From Lepidodermella squamata (lineage: Eukaryota > Animalia > Gastrotricha), in contig JBLDXI010000048.1 in NCBI GenBank assembly GCA_047495785.1, positions 434,001-498,000 of the forward strand: 64,000 nt of DNA, read 5' to 3'. The number at the start of each line of letters is the position of its first letter. Position 1 is the stretch's first letter. Shown here piece after piece: positions 24,101-36,437 of the stretch. Made by a program: the position numbers and the translations under genes. The notes below the pieces were generated by a model. It did not search any database, had not been told where the DNA came from, and saw only the letters and a list, made by a program, of their open reading frames with translations.

Positions 24101-27100
24101 CCATAGATGGTGATTTCGATTTTCGATCGGATTTGCGTGGTTTCGAACCTGGAGTGTCTTTTTTTAGTCCGGTCTGTGAGAAGGTTAGTTCGACTATTTT
24201 TCGAACGGTCTGAAAGCGCCATGTGCTGCGCGTGACAAAGGACAAAATAAAAAGCTTTTCGTTTTTTTCGTGATGTGAAAAGGGCGAAGACCGAGAAGAC
24301 TGTGTTGCCAACATATCAAGTGAAAGGGGGCGGCAAGTTCATACGAAATCTGAGTAAAATTAAGTTGAAAAACCTGAAAATACTTCACATATAACATATA
24401 AGGGTTGTCAGAAATATTGCACAATACTCCTTCTTCAACGCCAACGTTGCCTTTCTCGTCCTGGCCTGGACGAAGTTTCCATAAGCAGTTCTTGTAATTT
24501 CTTTGAACTAGTTCGACCTTGTGTTGGTTTGCTCACATCGGGAAGATTAACCTCCGAGAAAAGCAGAACATCGGGTTGACAGTCGATGAAGTTGAACTTG
24601 GGGATATAGTGAAATCATTACCAAATTATTGAATTCAGTACCAAACATCATTGAATTTCGTACCAAATTATTCCGAATAGTTCCAAATCCCCAATTTGAA
24701 GACCCAGTCTTCAACCCTAACCTAACTCTAACCTAACCCTAACCCAACGAATAAAACAGTTGACAAACGAATAAAATGGTTAGGTATTGAATTAAATAAA
24801 ATTTGGTACCGGCGTAAGATTTTCCCTTGAACTTGGCATTCGAAGACCGCGTATGTTTCAAATGTTGTACATGACAATTAGTAGGAAAAATCGGAAGGTT
24901 CTGAAACCTGTATCATGAAAACTGATGTCGAAATGACAAAGTTGGGGTGCGTATGTAAGACATAGTTTTTTATTTCGGCGGTATTAAACGTGCGTGAGTG
25001 TCTAGTTTCTTATTTTTTTTGTCTATGAATACATAGTTACCCGATAAATACGGCGCAAACATACTACAACGTGACTCCTTTTGATTACGAGTCCCTGTTC
25101 AACCCTTCAATGTATCGGCTAAGCAGTCTTGGCATTGGTGAGAGGTACCCACATGACCGGCGATACGTTCCAAGCTTGGGACAGAGTGTTTACCTGTCAC
25201 TGTTCGATATGGTGAAGTTGAACACTCTCTACAACTGTTATAGTAAGTTCAAGCTGATTCCCCTGGGAAATGGACTGTAAAATAGTTTAATTACAGATTC
25301 AGATCCGTGCAAGAACCCAACAATCACATGCCAAAATGGTGGCTACCCTAATCCGAGCGTGAACTGTACGAAATGCTTCTGCCCAGTTGGTCTTGGTGGC
25401 GACTTTTGTGAAGCTCCGTACCCAACCGATACAGCGAATGGCTGTGGTGGCGAAGTCTACGTTCAACCGTGTACTAGCGTTAACATAACTACCCCATCGT
25501 ACCCGGCAAATATTACCAGTCCATACTACAACATACTTGATGGCACAAACGCGTCAACTCGTTGTTCATGGCGTGTCAAAACGGTTTCCAAATTATTCTT
25601 TTTATTATATCGATATCCTTCATTGAATCTTCTTTTCTCTTCCAGGGTGATACCAGTGGATTGATTTTTGCTTTCCCGACCAGGATCTCACTAAAAACCT
25701 CTGGTGGGCTTATCCTTTATTCGTCAATATTCACCTAAAAACTCCATTTTTAGAGCTTTTAAATTGTTTAAACTACGTCTTAATAAGAGGTCTGGGCGAG
25801 GAGAGCAGAGTTCCCGGATTTATGTAGGTTAAACGAAATAGGTTTTTTATTCTCTCACAAGTTTCTACAAATAGATTTTGCAATTTTCCCGTTGCTGTAA
25901 CTGGACGTATTTTTGTGACCAACAAAAATCAAGCTTTGGTTTACTCAAACATCGTCTTTGAAGCTAAGAACACGCCACAGTATGCCACAGTGACGGTTTT
26001 CGCGACTTGCCCTGGCGTTAAAGCAACCGAGTTGAGCAAGGAATGCCTAATCACGCCGAACGCGGTTGACTATGAAGGATCACTCCTGACTAAGACCTCA
26101 GCTGGTGTAACTTGTTCGCGCTGGTCCGAGAATTTAGGCCTGAGTTTCTCATATGTTCCGAGAGGCGATTTCAATGCCCCTGGAAATGCTTGCCGCTTCA
26201 ATCCTTATTGGTATTGGGATTATGTTCCCTCTGTGATGTGCTGGAGCAACGGTAGCCTAGTCGAATGTGAAAATGTGGACAGAATAAAAAGTTGCTGTAG
26301 GTCATTTTTTGCGTGGCATCGATTTTAGAATGTTAAGCTAATTAATTATATTATTTATTTATTTATTTAAGAGCCCCGTTCATCCGTATTTAAAAAAGTT
26401 GCTCAGCTGTAAAAAAGACAGTGGATTAGTTTGGCTTTGATCAAGCTGTTCACTAGATTCATAGTTCAAGACTCTTATTTGGGTCTTTCGTTCATCAATT
26501 ATACTCTTTTATATTATCTGTATATAGTTCGGTCGATTGAGTGATTTCATCACGACCGAATACGTCAAGTGTAATCTCGATTCAACTTAACAGATGAAAA
26601 CGAACATTGAATTTAATGTTTTACTTATAGCTCAAATTGCTTTCCGCTGCATTAACTCGGTAACTGGCCAGTTCGAAGCATGCAGGCGGTACTGCTCGGA
26701 AGGCGAAACTCCTTTCAAGGAGTCGTCAACGCGTTTCACTGACACCTGCAACAAGGGCGTGAGTTTGGATTCGAATCTTGCGACATTATAAAGTGTTAGC
26801 CTCTAACAGAACGTCAAGAAATGCACCAAAGGCTCCATTTTCCGTTGCATCGCCGGCGATCAAGGCTGTGCTACCGGCGAGGACAAAATCGTGAGTTAAG
26901 AATAAAATTGGGAAGGAATTTTAGCGGTTATTTTGCGCACATTTCTTTAGATGTTCAACACGTATGCCTACTTCGGCCGCAATTTGCTAGCCTGCAACCA
27001 TCGAGCTGATCTCAATTGGGTTTGTCAACCCAAAATGTCATTGTAATCACTTGTAACCCCCCGTGAACAGAAATACGTCCGCTGTTACCGCAACGTAGCT

Positions 27101-28031
27101 GGTAAGCCCTTCGCCGATTGTCGACGATCAAATTTTGGATGCAAACCGACTGAGGTAGGTCACAGCAAGTCCGTACTGCCCGGAAAAATAACCAGGAAAT
27201 TCATTTTTTCCAAACATTCATGAGCACCTGAAATTTGTAAGTGACTGATATTCTGTTCGGGCCTTACATGTATTTATCCGAACCGACAAGTAAATGCCTG
27301 GGGTAACCAAAATGGCACACAACATTTCCCTGAGATTCTACGTATATTCACCCGAAATATTGTTCTCTGAACTTTCTAGGAGAGAGAGAGAGGCACTGCA
27401 AAGAGTAGATTTTATGTCCAATTAGAATGGCTGAAAGGGACCCTATTAGTGATCTTCAGTAATCTGCCCGCCACTATGACCTGACATTTATTTCGAACGA
27501 ATTCTAACTACTTACTGTAATTTTGGATATGGCTATGTGAACAATGACTGTGCGTAACCAGTGTGCGTGTGCGTGATAGGCTACTTAAACACAGCGCGCG
27601 CTTAAATTTGACTGTGTGTCAAGCACATTGTGTACGCATAGCGTCATTGGGCGATAAACTTTTTCTGTGTTCACATAGATACATATCGGCAGACCGCCAT
27701 AACAGCTAATACCCGAAACAGCGAACGCGACAAAACAGCGAAAAATATAATTTGCGGCCTAACAGCGATTTTAATATCGCATATTGCATAGCATTTTGGG
27801 TAGGATTTTTCGCTGTTATGTCGGTTTCGCTGTTCTGCGCAATCGCTGTTTTGATGTCCTACCAGTCACATCCATTAATTATTTGAGGCTGCCGTTTATT
27901 CGAGGCTGACACTGTTTTCGGGCAGTGCGGTAATTTATGATGTACTTCGAAAATAATTATCCGCTCCTTGACAGGTTTCGGATGCAACGCCGCCTTTCAC
28001 GGATCCTTTCAAATGCTACGACGGCATATAG
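21142..28031 (+). CDS. Secreted non-catalytic astacin-like protein, copy 3; introns expanded by transposons
   Basis: Same exon series; motif RQIGYVLGLTYEIRRPDRDQY; ~3.1-kb intron 21888-25035; ends PFKCYDGI-TAG. Confidence 0.85.
22122..22797. mobile_element. Non-autonomous Sola1-like element (ATTT TSD) inserted in an older, 5'-truncated copy of the same family (~21952-23174)
   Basis: ATTT|CGTCGTCGGTGTGGCCAAAAGTATTATATCCA ... TGGATATAATACTTTTGGCCGCACCGACGACG|ATTT; the flanks repeat the element's own internal sequence and a second right TIR ends at 23174. Confidence 0.85.
24601..24826. mobile_element. Short MULE-like MITE with 9-bp TSD and internal CCTAA/CCCTAA repeats
   Basis: TTGAACTTG|GGGA...TCCC|TTGAACTTG; ACCCTAACCTAACTCTAACCTAACCCTAACCC at ~24714-24744. 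Confidence 0.65.
27171..27930. mobile_element. TIR element in the last intron of copy 3
   Basis: CCGTACTGCCCGGAAAA ... TTTTCGGGCAGTGCGG|TA; absent from the ~50-nt homologous intron of the other copies. Confidence 0.65.
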
Positions 28032-29542
28032 CTTATGTGTCAACTGCCAGAAAACAACGCTCTATTTTTTCTTTGAAAAATCAGCAATTAAAATTGATCT
28101 GCAGTTCCTTTCATGAGAAGTTAACATTCAAAGAATTCGTCGAATGGTTTTCTTCGCTTTGAAGCTTTCACTTATGAATTATTCAAGTCAAAATATGTGT
28201 CAATAAACAATGCACGGTGTTATATGCTCCTATTTTTCAAATTTCAGGTTTCTATTAACGAGTTATTATTCGTGTTCTGGCAAAACTTTAGATTTATTAT
28301 TTAACAACCATCCACCCGAAGGTGCTCTCGGTCCGGATGTCAGATGTCAGGGTCACATAAAACATGATAAAATTGACAGTGCACAGATAATATAAAATAA
28401 TATTGTTTTCTATTTTTGATGAATAAGATGAATTGTTTTTTTTTAATTTGGTCGCGAATGACTCGTCTGAAGTTAGCTATGTGATGTTTTCGGAGTCAGA
28501 ATTGAGTTTGTTTGGCGATTCGGACAGGCTCAGAGGGCGACTCAGGCCTTTGCTATAACAGATTATAAAATTAATGTAGTTATTTTGTAAGCTCACGTTC
28601 CCCATGAATCTAAGGGCCACCACAGGCCCACAAAACTCCCAGGGATCCCAAGGCTCACAAGGCTCAAGGCTCAAATCTCAGTGATTCAGAGACACCCAAA
28701 AGGCTTCCTAGGATCTGTTTAAGAGAAAGAGTACAAAACAACCTGTGGAAAACCTGTGAAACGGAAGAAAGCAAGCAAGTTAGGTACATCAAATTCTCAC
28801 GATTGTTACCAGCTTCCCTGTGTAGAAAACGACAGAACCACGGAATAATTTAGAGTATTTTCGCAAACCTCATCCGCGTGATATACCCCGGTGAATTCCA
28901 CCTAGTTTCGCAAGGTGGTTGTGCAAGGCGTTGCTTTTACCTGACGAATGTTCGAAGCTGGCGAATGCTGCTGCATGACATTTCGGCCGAAGTCGTCAAA
29001 GCTCAGCTGCCAGACGTATCTTAAGTAATCAGCAATCACGTCACCTTAACGGAGGCACCTTTCCCCATATATAATAAGCCGATCGTGGAAGTCTTCGATT
29101 GACTTGACACCCGACAGGTAAAGTGTCCCAAACGAGTCCGCGTCGTACGGTAGGTCGAGGGCTGCGCGAAGGCTATTGGCTTGCATCTCAAACAACCGGT
29201 CACGGGATGACGGGAGGCAAGACCATGTCGGCGAGCTGTAAGTCATCACGCTTTGAGATAGCGCATTGTGAAACATGATTCCGAGCTTGAGTGATAAGAC
29301 TTTCCGAGCCATAATGCCCCTTAGCATGCCAGCTCTCGGCCTGGTTTTAGCCGAAATTGCTGACAATTGGTTGTCCCAACTCAGGCGCGGGGTTAGGTGA
29401 AGACCAAGATATTTGAGCTGTTGCACCTGCTTAATCTTTCGTGGACCTAACCTGATATGGATCGAAGGTAGAGAATTATAAAAGCCAAAAATCATTGTTT
29501 CGCATTTTTCAGGCTGCAGTATTAAGCGCCAACGCGAGCACC

Positions 29543-29646
29543 CAGTGTGCGAAGTAGGATCCGGGAGCTGAGGTGTTTTCTGTTTGTTTTCTAGGACCCA
29601 GCCGACACCCCAGCGACACCCCAGCACCCCTATACTTCGAACCCTG
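29543..29646. mobile_element. 104-bp hAT-like MITE with 8-bp TSD inside the LINE RT
   Basis: CGAGCACC|CAGTGTGCGAAGTA ... TACTTCGAACCCTG|CGAGCACC. Confidence 0.85.
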
Positions 29647-30306
29647 CGAGCACCAACTGACAGTGTTATCGAGTTGAAGCTGCAGTCGCCGAGAGCAATC
29701 TAAAAGCGACTTGCCGTACGCCCAGTTGAGGGCGTCGTCTGCGTAGGTGCCGTTTGCAACGCGACGCTTACCGTCGTCGGGTTTAACTTCACGGGGCTCC
29801 ATGTCGGCTGTGTAAAAAATGAATAGCAAATAAGGACTCAGAGGCGAGCCTTGAGGGACGCCGCAGTGTATAGAGTGTTCGTCGCTGAGCTCGCCTTCCA
29901 CCTTCAATTTGAAACAACGGCCGCGCAGAAAATCGGCTACCCATCTATGCTCGGGCACACCTGCTTCGATAAGTTTGTACAAGAGCCCATTGTGCCAAAC
30001 GACATCGAAGGCACTTTTGAAGTCAAGGGCCACTGCTACGAGTTTCCAGTGCCAGGAAGTTCCAGGCGATAGCAGCGTCATTGACGATCCTAAAGCTAAG
30101 ATCTGTTGTACATTTCCCACGCCAGAAACCGAGCTGGTGTTCGGGAGTCCATTACTCGTAAGGTAATCGAAAAGAACCTCGGTGACAAGCGACTCGAGGC
30201 ACTTCCCAATTGCTGGTAGGAGGGCAACCGGTCTGTATGATTCAGCCAGCTCGGGGTCTTTGCCTTCTTTGTGAACAGGGACGACTATGGCAAATCTTCA
30301 ATTTTA

Positions 30307-31042
30307 CCCAGCACAAGGCTGGTTGATGCTGGATAGTGCCTATTAAAAGTGTGCAGTGTGCTGGACACGCGATTTGCTATCCAGCACCTACTCGAAAATC
30401 ATCCAGCACGAAGTCGTGTGACAAACGACAAACCTCATTCATCCAGCACGGTCCTGAAAATGGACTCAAACAGCTAAAAAAATGTTAAAGTCATGAGCGC
30501 TTGCTGGACAATAGTTCAAAGCAGGCAGAGTCAACAATTCTGAGAATCAGGTTTGACAGTAAATTAATACTTAGACACTTAAACACAGTAAATGGCGTTG
30601 GAATGCACGCCAATTCGACTCACTTTGCACGCAATTTCAGCACGAACCAAGTATCGCCGGGCAATAAATCTCTTATCGGCGGATAGCCCTCGGAATTCTG
30701 TACAAATTATCAGCGGCCGCTGTAAAAATACGCCGCCGATCGGGTCGAAATCGGCTTCAGAAATCGCGATTTTGGCCTATATCTGAAAACCGTCACTTTT
30801 CATACAGCGAATCCGGTGGTGTCGGGGGTTAGCCAGCACTTGTGCTGGATGGGTGCCGAGTTCGGTTCACGGAACTGCCGCCCCGTTTTTCACTTTCAGC
30901 GTTTCCTGCACTGTCCAGCACTAGTGCTTTTAGTGCTGGATTCAGTGCTGGATGCGTGCTGGTCAATGCTAGGGACTGGTGCTGGATAATTGTGCTGGAT
31001 AAAACGCATGTGTGCTGGATAGGTGCTGAAAGTCGTGCTGGA
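30307..31042. mobile_element. TA-flanked MITE with many subterminal CCAGCAC/GTGCTGG repeats, interrupting the LINE RT
   Basis: TA|CCCAGCAC ... GTGCTGGA|TA; RT reads GYLPKAWK on one side and FAIVVPVHKEG on the other. Confidence 0.75.
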
Positions 31043-31416
31043 TACAATTGGAATTTTCCATGCCTTTGGCAGATAACCGCAGTTCAGACTGAGTTCGAAG
31101 AGTCATTTTAAATGAGAATTCAGGCTCCGGCAGCCGTTTTTCAACAGCACGTTAGAAACATTGTCGTGACCCGGCGCTTTGAAGTTTTACAGCTTCTTTA
31201 ATAGACGCTTCAACGACGATTTCGGCAATCGAAGCTGATAATTTTTCGGGTACACTCACTGGCTTGGTGGCAGGATTTTCTTCAATCTCATCGTCAACCA
31301 TCTCCCAGAAGTCGCGGTCTCCAGCGGCATCTGAGGCTGTTGCCGGTGCGGCAACCACTTTGGCGAACATTGTGGAACCACTAGTAAGTTGAACCTTGGC
31401 GCGCACGCTGATTGGT

Positions 31417-31660
31417 CAAGTGATCGTTGCTAATGACTCCGGGATGAAACATTTCTGTCGTGCGATCCACTAATAAATTATTTTATATTTATGAAAAAAA
31501 TGACCTTGCCACACCCTCTGCACGGTTTCCATTGACCACGTGCGTAAACTCCATATTAATCGTGGTAAATTACTGCGGCAAAAAAACACTTGTTTTGAAA
31601 AATCTTATGGGTCGCACGACCATAATGTTTCATCCGGGATTCATAGCAACGATCAGCATG
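31417..31660. mobile_element. Small TIR element in LINE ORF1
   Basis: TGATCGTTGCTAATGACTCCGGGATGAAACATT (31421) is inverted as AATGTTTCATCCGGGATTCATAGCAACGATCA (ending 31655); ATTGGT on both flanks. Confidence 0.7.
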
Positions 31661-32452
31661 CGCATTGGTGCCTCGCCATCGCTTTGCTGATGGCTTCCGC
31701 GACGATGTTAGCCAACCTCACTTGGAATGCCTCGGAGTTAAGAAGCTTGTCTATCAGGTTCTCCAGCGAGACCGATGGCTGCTGTTGCGGGGGTTGCTTG
31801 GGTGGTGGTTGCGGGGGCGTCTCGGCTTCTGACCAGGTAAAACCGGCCATGCGCTCCTCTCCGGCAGGAGCTACCGTGTAAACGGGCTGTTTCGGCGTGT
31901 CCAGGATATCTTCCACTGCTCGGCGTTCGAAATCGCCAGTCTCCTGCTGTTTCATTAGCAGTGTAGGGCAGCCGCGGCTTCCGGCACCATGGCCTCTTTT
32001 GTCGCAGTTGATACAGTGGCGCTTCGTCTCGACGTTCTTTACCAAACAGTCGCCGTATTTATGCGCGCCGGCACAATAATCGCTGCAGATAAAAGTGTTG
32101 CTCTTGCAGTACCGGAACCGGTGCTCGTGCGATTGGCATTTGCTATTCAGCGACCACCATAGTCAGGCGCGGGTTTCAGAAGGGTCGCCTCGATGGCGAA
32201 GACTCCGATAGTTACCTCGCCTTTGATAAGCTTTTCGGCAGCGGCTTCCGACTTCATTACGCAGATAAATTCCGAGAAGCTGTTATACTTCCGTCTCATC
32301 GGGTACACTGCTTCCGCGTCCGGCCAGATTTCTTTCAGCTTCTCAGCAGTCATATATCTGGGAGCGTTTCTTATACGGACTGCGCGCTTCTCGTTCGTCG
32401 CGAGTTCTTGCGCTGTTAGTTACCGGCCTGGCGCGGCTTTTTTATTCGCCGC

Positions 32453-35400
32453 TGATTCTGATTCTGATTCTGATTTTATTATGCATTTTGTTTCACAACA
32501 GTTAGCAATAGGTTAGTTCTCGGCGCCTCACCTCAGAGGTCGTAAAATCCACTAGTTCATCTGACTTAGATTTAAGATATCGCAGAAACACAGTATGGGA
32601 ATTATTGACAATAGTTGAGGGCAGCCGGTTCCACGCTGCGCGCACACGCCTTGTAAAGCTGAACTGAGAGCTCGGATGTTCAAATCGTTTCATGACAACA
32701 GCATGAGCTGGTGAACGGGGATTTGAAGATATTTTGAAGAATGTAGAAAAGCTAGCATCCACACAGCCTAGGTACATTTTATGGCATAGCGCAAGGTCAT
32801 GTTGAAAGCGTCTGATTTCAAGAGGACACAGTCCTAGTTTTTTACATCTTTCATAATACGAGGCACCGTCAATCGATGAATAGTAGTCACTTCTATACAA
32901 AAGGCGTTTAGTGAACCGGGCTTGAACCGCCTCCAGCTTGTCAATATCTGTTAAGTAGTACGGTGAATAGACCGAAGGGCAAAAATCGTTCGTGTTGCGA
33001 CGTAAGAGACCTCGCTAGGCAGTACTTTCATGCTGTTTGCAATAAAATACTTGGTACTGGTATAAGCTACTTTTTATTCGTCGGTAATAGCATCATTATT
33101 GCGGCGCATCCGATGCCGAGCGGTTACAACGCCTACCAGAATGCGTACTATGCACAAACGCTTCAGAAAATTTCTCCGTTATCATGGCTAAATTCTAAAT
33201 ATCAACCACGTTTATCCTCTTCTTCCTTATTTCATGTTCGTTCCTTCATTCTCAAGTTCATTCTCAAGTGATACTTTTCTGTCTCTCTGTATAGTCTTGT
33301 TGAACCATGAGCATCACCACTTGTTGAAACATGACAGAGTTTGCGTTCGAAAGGGCACACTTTTTTATTGATTTTTCATTATTCCCGGAGCAACGTTTCA
33401 TGCAACCCATGCAGTAATCATCACGAAAAATGCATATTATGGAATTATGACTAGATGAGCCAATTTTTCTACTATTCAGCATTCAGCCCCTAAATCCTGA
33501 AAATGCCAAGAAAGCACTTATTACGCTATTATTTATAATCTATCTTGTGGTTTCCTTCTCCATTATCTCGCATATATCCTTCAATGTCCTTCTTAAGTTA
33601 TATAACACGACAAACGATCACATATTTCTCTGTTTCGATCATAGAATCAATCGCCTTCAATGTTTTATCAACTCTTTATGAGCCGTTGCGCTGTTGCACC
33701 GAACTGAACTACAAACTTGCGCCAAGCTCGCGAAATCGCTTGAAGTAGAAAGTAGATTCGCAGCCGCATGAGGTCAGTAGTAGAATCGCACAAAATTTAC
33801 GCAGTTGCTAGCATTCGAGAATTGCTAGGAACGAAACTCTTTTTTATTGTCCTTATTCGGCATGTTCAGTTCGTAAATTTAAAATAAAAGCAAGACCAAC
33901 AGAAAAATGCATGACAGACAAGGCGCCGGAACAACGGGGGCACGCGCTTGTCTTAGACAGTGCACGGTCTTAGATGACTTGCATCCCTGCATCCTAAGAA
34001 AGATAGCGGGTGGTCTCGGTATAATGTCATCTGGTTAGCGATTTAGCGATCGAGTTGATTAGCAATAAACAACGATTCCGCCGTATTCGAGTAATGCTTG
34101 ACATGCAACTCGATTGGCTTGATTCGTATAAGACAAAACATGACCCACCATTCAAGTTTGGGTTTCATGAGTTTTGCGCGGACTTCTTAATGAAATGCTA
34201 CGTCAAGAGCAAAATGCCACGGACTAATATTTATCAATGAAAACAATCATGCGCAGAAGTATAATTTACGAAGCGCATCCACTCGATCATTTGACTGGAA
34301 TCCTATCTATACATTAGGGCTATCAGGAATTCTTAGGGCACTTCAAACGGATCTATTGGCGAGAATGTGCTGATTGATTGAAAGTCTAATGTGCTCTAGG
34401 GTAAAGTCGCTCAATGTGGGGACAAGTCAAGGTTTATTTATATTCGTATCATTTCTGTGAATCGCATTTAGATGGTGTCAATAGCGGCAGCATATGGCGG
34501 CGCGCTCGCTCCTTTTGTGTGGGCTTCCGGCTAAACATTTGGGACAGCGTGCAGTTCATGATCACTGTGTCCGTTTTCGATGCAGTTTTTGCAGAAATAT
34601 ATAATTTTTTGCGCTCTATTAATTCATCTTTTTAACCACGTCAAATTTATGAAGCGCGCGATTCTTTCTGAAACAGAGTATTAAGATTGCGCAAATGTGG
34701 GGATTTTGTAGCTGGCCGCGCACCTGAAAATTGTTACTTCATTTCAGTTGTAAGTAATACATTTTCAGAAGACTTAAAATACCGCTTGTTTCCTAATTGC
34801 GACACTTTAAAAACTATCCGCTAACATCCAGAGTTTGGAGATTCTATAATTTTTCCTAGAACTTTCTATTTAGAACGGGTCTTTTCTAAAATAGTCAGTA
34901 ATGATTCATTAAATTCTGAATGCGATATCTCTCGAAGCTATTAAAGTATAGTAATAGTGCATCCTATTAGCTGCTGTATTAAATGTTAAATTCTGCATTG
35001 TTGATAGGATTATTTTACTTCAACATTTACTCGAAGTCACCTCTTTAGTAATAACTGTTTGGACATCGGATACTGATTAGGAATCGGAAATGTTAAATTG
35101 GCGAAATCCCGGCAACAGGTCGCTACTATACTATTTGCTGAGTGCTGGCTATTTCGATATATTCAACCTGTTATCGCCATTTTTGTTGAAACAAATTATT
35201 GAATTATTGAATTATTCTCTTGGTTTTACTTCCTTTGTTCATTTTCGATTATTTCGGTGCGTTGAAAATAAAGATGCACGGCAACGGGTCACGGCAGCTC
35301 GTTTTTGCTACCTGTGAAATCTTCAATCGAAGAATTACACAAAAGCGCGAGAGAACTTGTTAAAATTCGCGAGAAAGAATAATAGAAAGGATAGGCGAAG

Positions 35401-35800
35401 AAGCTGAATTCCTCTTTTCTCTTCAGGAGTCCAAGAACGCAAGATAGCAATTGCAGCTAATGGCAATTTTATAGCCCTTGAACCGAAGATAGTAATTTTG
35501 GATGCAACCGCTCCGCTATTGTAAACACCGCAATATAGCGGTATAATGATATATAGAAATATGCGCTAGCACTGGCGGTCCCTTACGTCGCAACACGAAC
35601 GAAATCTAACCGTGAAAGAGTGTATGTTTTGTACGCTTTTAAGCGGAGAGATTTCGATGCGAATGATTTGCATATCACGCCATTAATCCTTTGGCAACGT
35701 GTAGACAACGCATTACAGTGCTCAGAGAACGTAAGGTGTTTATCAACAATATCCGAGATCTTTAACTGAATCGACAGCGTTTAGCTCAACAGCTTTCACT
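32453..35800 (-). mobile_element. 5'-truncated CR1/L2-type LINE with (AATCAG)n tail, split by a 2.6-kb TIR element
   Basis: VKDLG..AYKTYTLSRLDF/CPSVYSP..DKLEAVQARFTK..YYERCKKLGLCPLEIRR..AWNRLP; the frame rejoins when 32987-35601 and one TSD copy are removed. Confidence 0.8.
32987..35601. mobile_element. Non-autonomous Sola1-like element, 2.6 kb, AAAT TSD
   Basis: AAAT|CGTTCGTGTTGCGACGTAAGAGACC ... GGTCCCTTACGTCGCAACACGAACG|AAAT. Confidence 0.85.
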
Positions 35801-36437
35801 TTGAACTGAACTTCACTTTGAACACCCGCTTCTTCCGCCTGTAGTAGTTGGCAGTGCGGTGGGTTACTGCCCTGCCGTCGAAAGCAGATCCTGGCAGGTT
35901 TTCCAGCAGCTTGGTCGCGTCTTCGTTCGTCAGACAAATTACTCTGACCCCGCCATCAGGATAATCGAAAATGTATTTGATTTTTAGGCCAGGCATTTTG
36001 TCGTTGAGTTCGATGCCTACGGCGGCGTTGTCATACTTCTCAGTCAAAACAGTTCATTTTTAATTTTTTTTGCTGCGAATTCAATTCAGCGTAGAATTTC
36101 GTAGAAAAGGGGTGTTGCCCTCGTCTAAAATTAGGTTCCGCAGGCAGATTTGGTTCTGCCAGAAGATATTCTGATATTTTTCTTCATCTTTTTCGCGGTC
36201 ATCTATTTCCATGATTCATGCAGCCTCGCTTTTTTTCTATTTCATTCATTGAAAAATTTGTTGGTTAAGCGTTTTTTAGTCGCGTGTGGTGCTTGAAATT
36301 TGGTAAACAACTTTTTGTGCGCGTGCTAGTCGTGCCCCTGTTATTTGAAACCACATAATATCCTGTTAAATCATTCGCATTTTTCTTATTGTGATTTTTT
36401 CAACAGCTCATTTTGGTTTCACCTATACTGTTCAGCT

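Larger units (their letters stand above)
28900..32452 (-). mobile_element. Degraded I/Jockey-like non-LTR retrotransposon (ORF1 with CCHC knuckles; RT; endonuclease region deleted); boundaries approximate
   Basis: ORF1 CINCDKRGHGAGSRGCP; ORF2 KAPGHDNV, GYLPKAWK, YRPVALL, LDFKSAFDVVWH, GVPQGSPLSP, YADD, KYLGLHL; several frameshifts and insertions. Confidence 0.85.
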
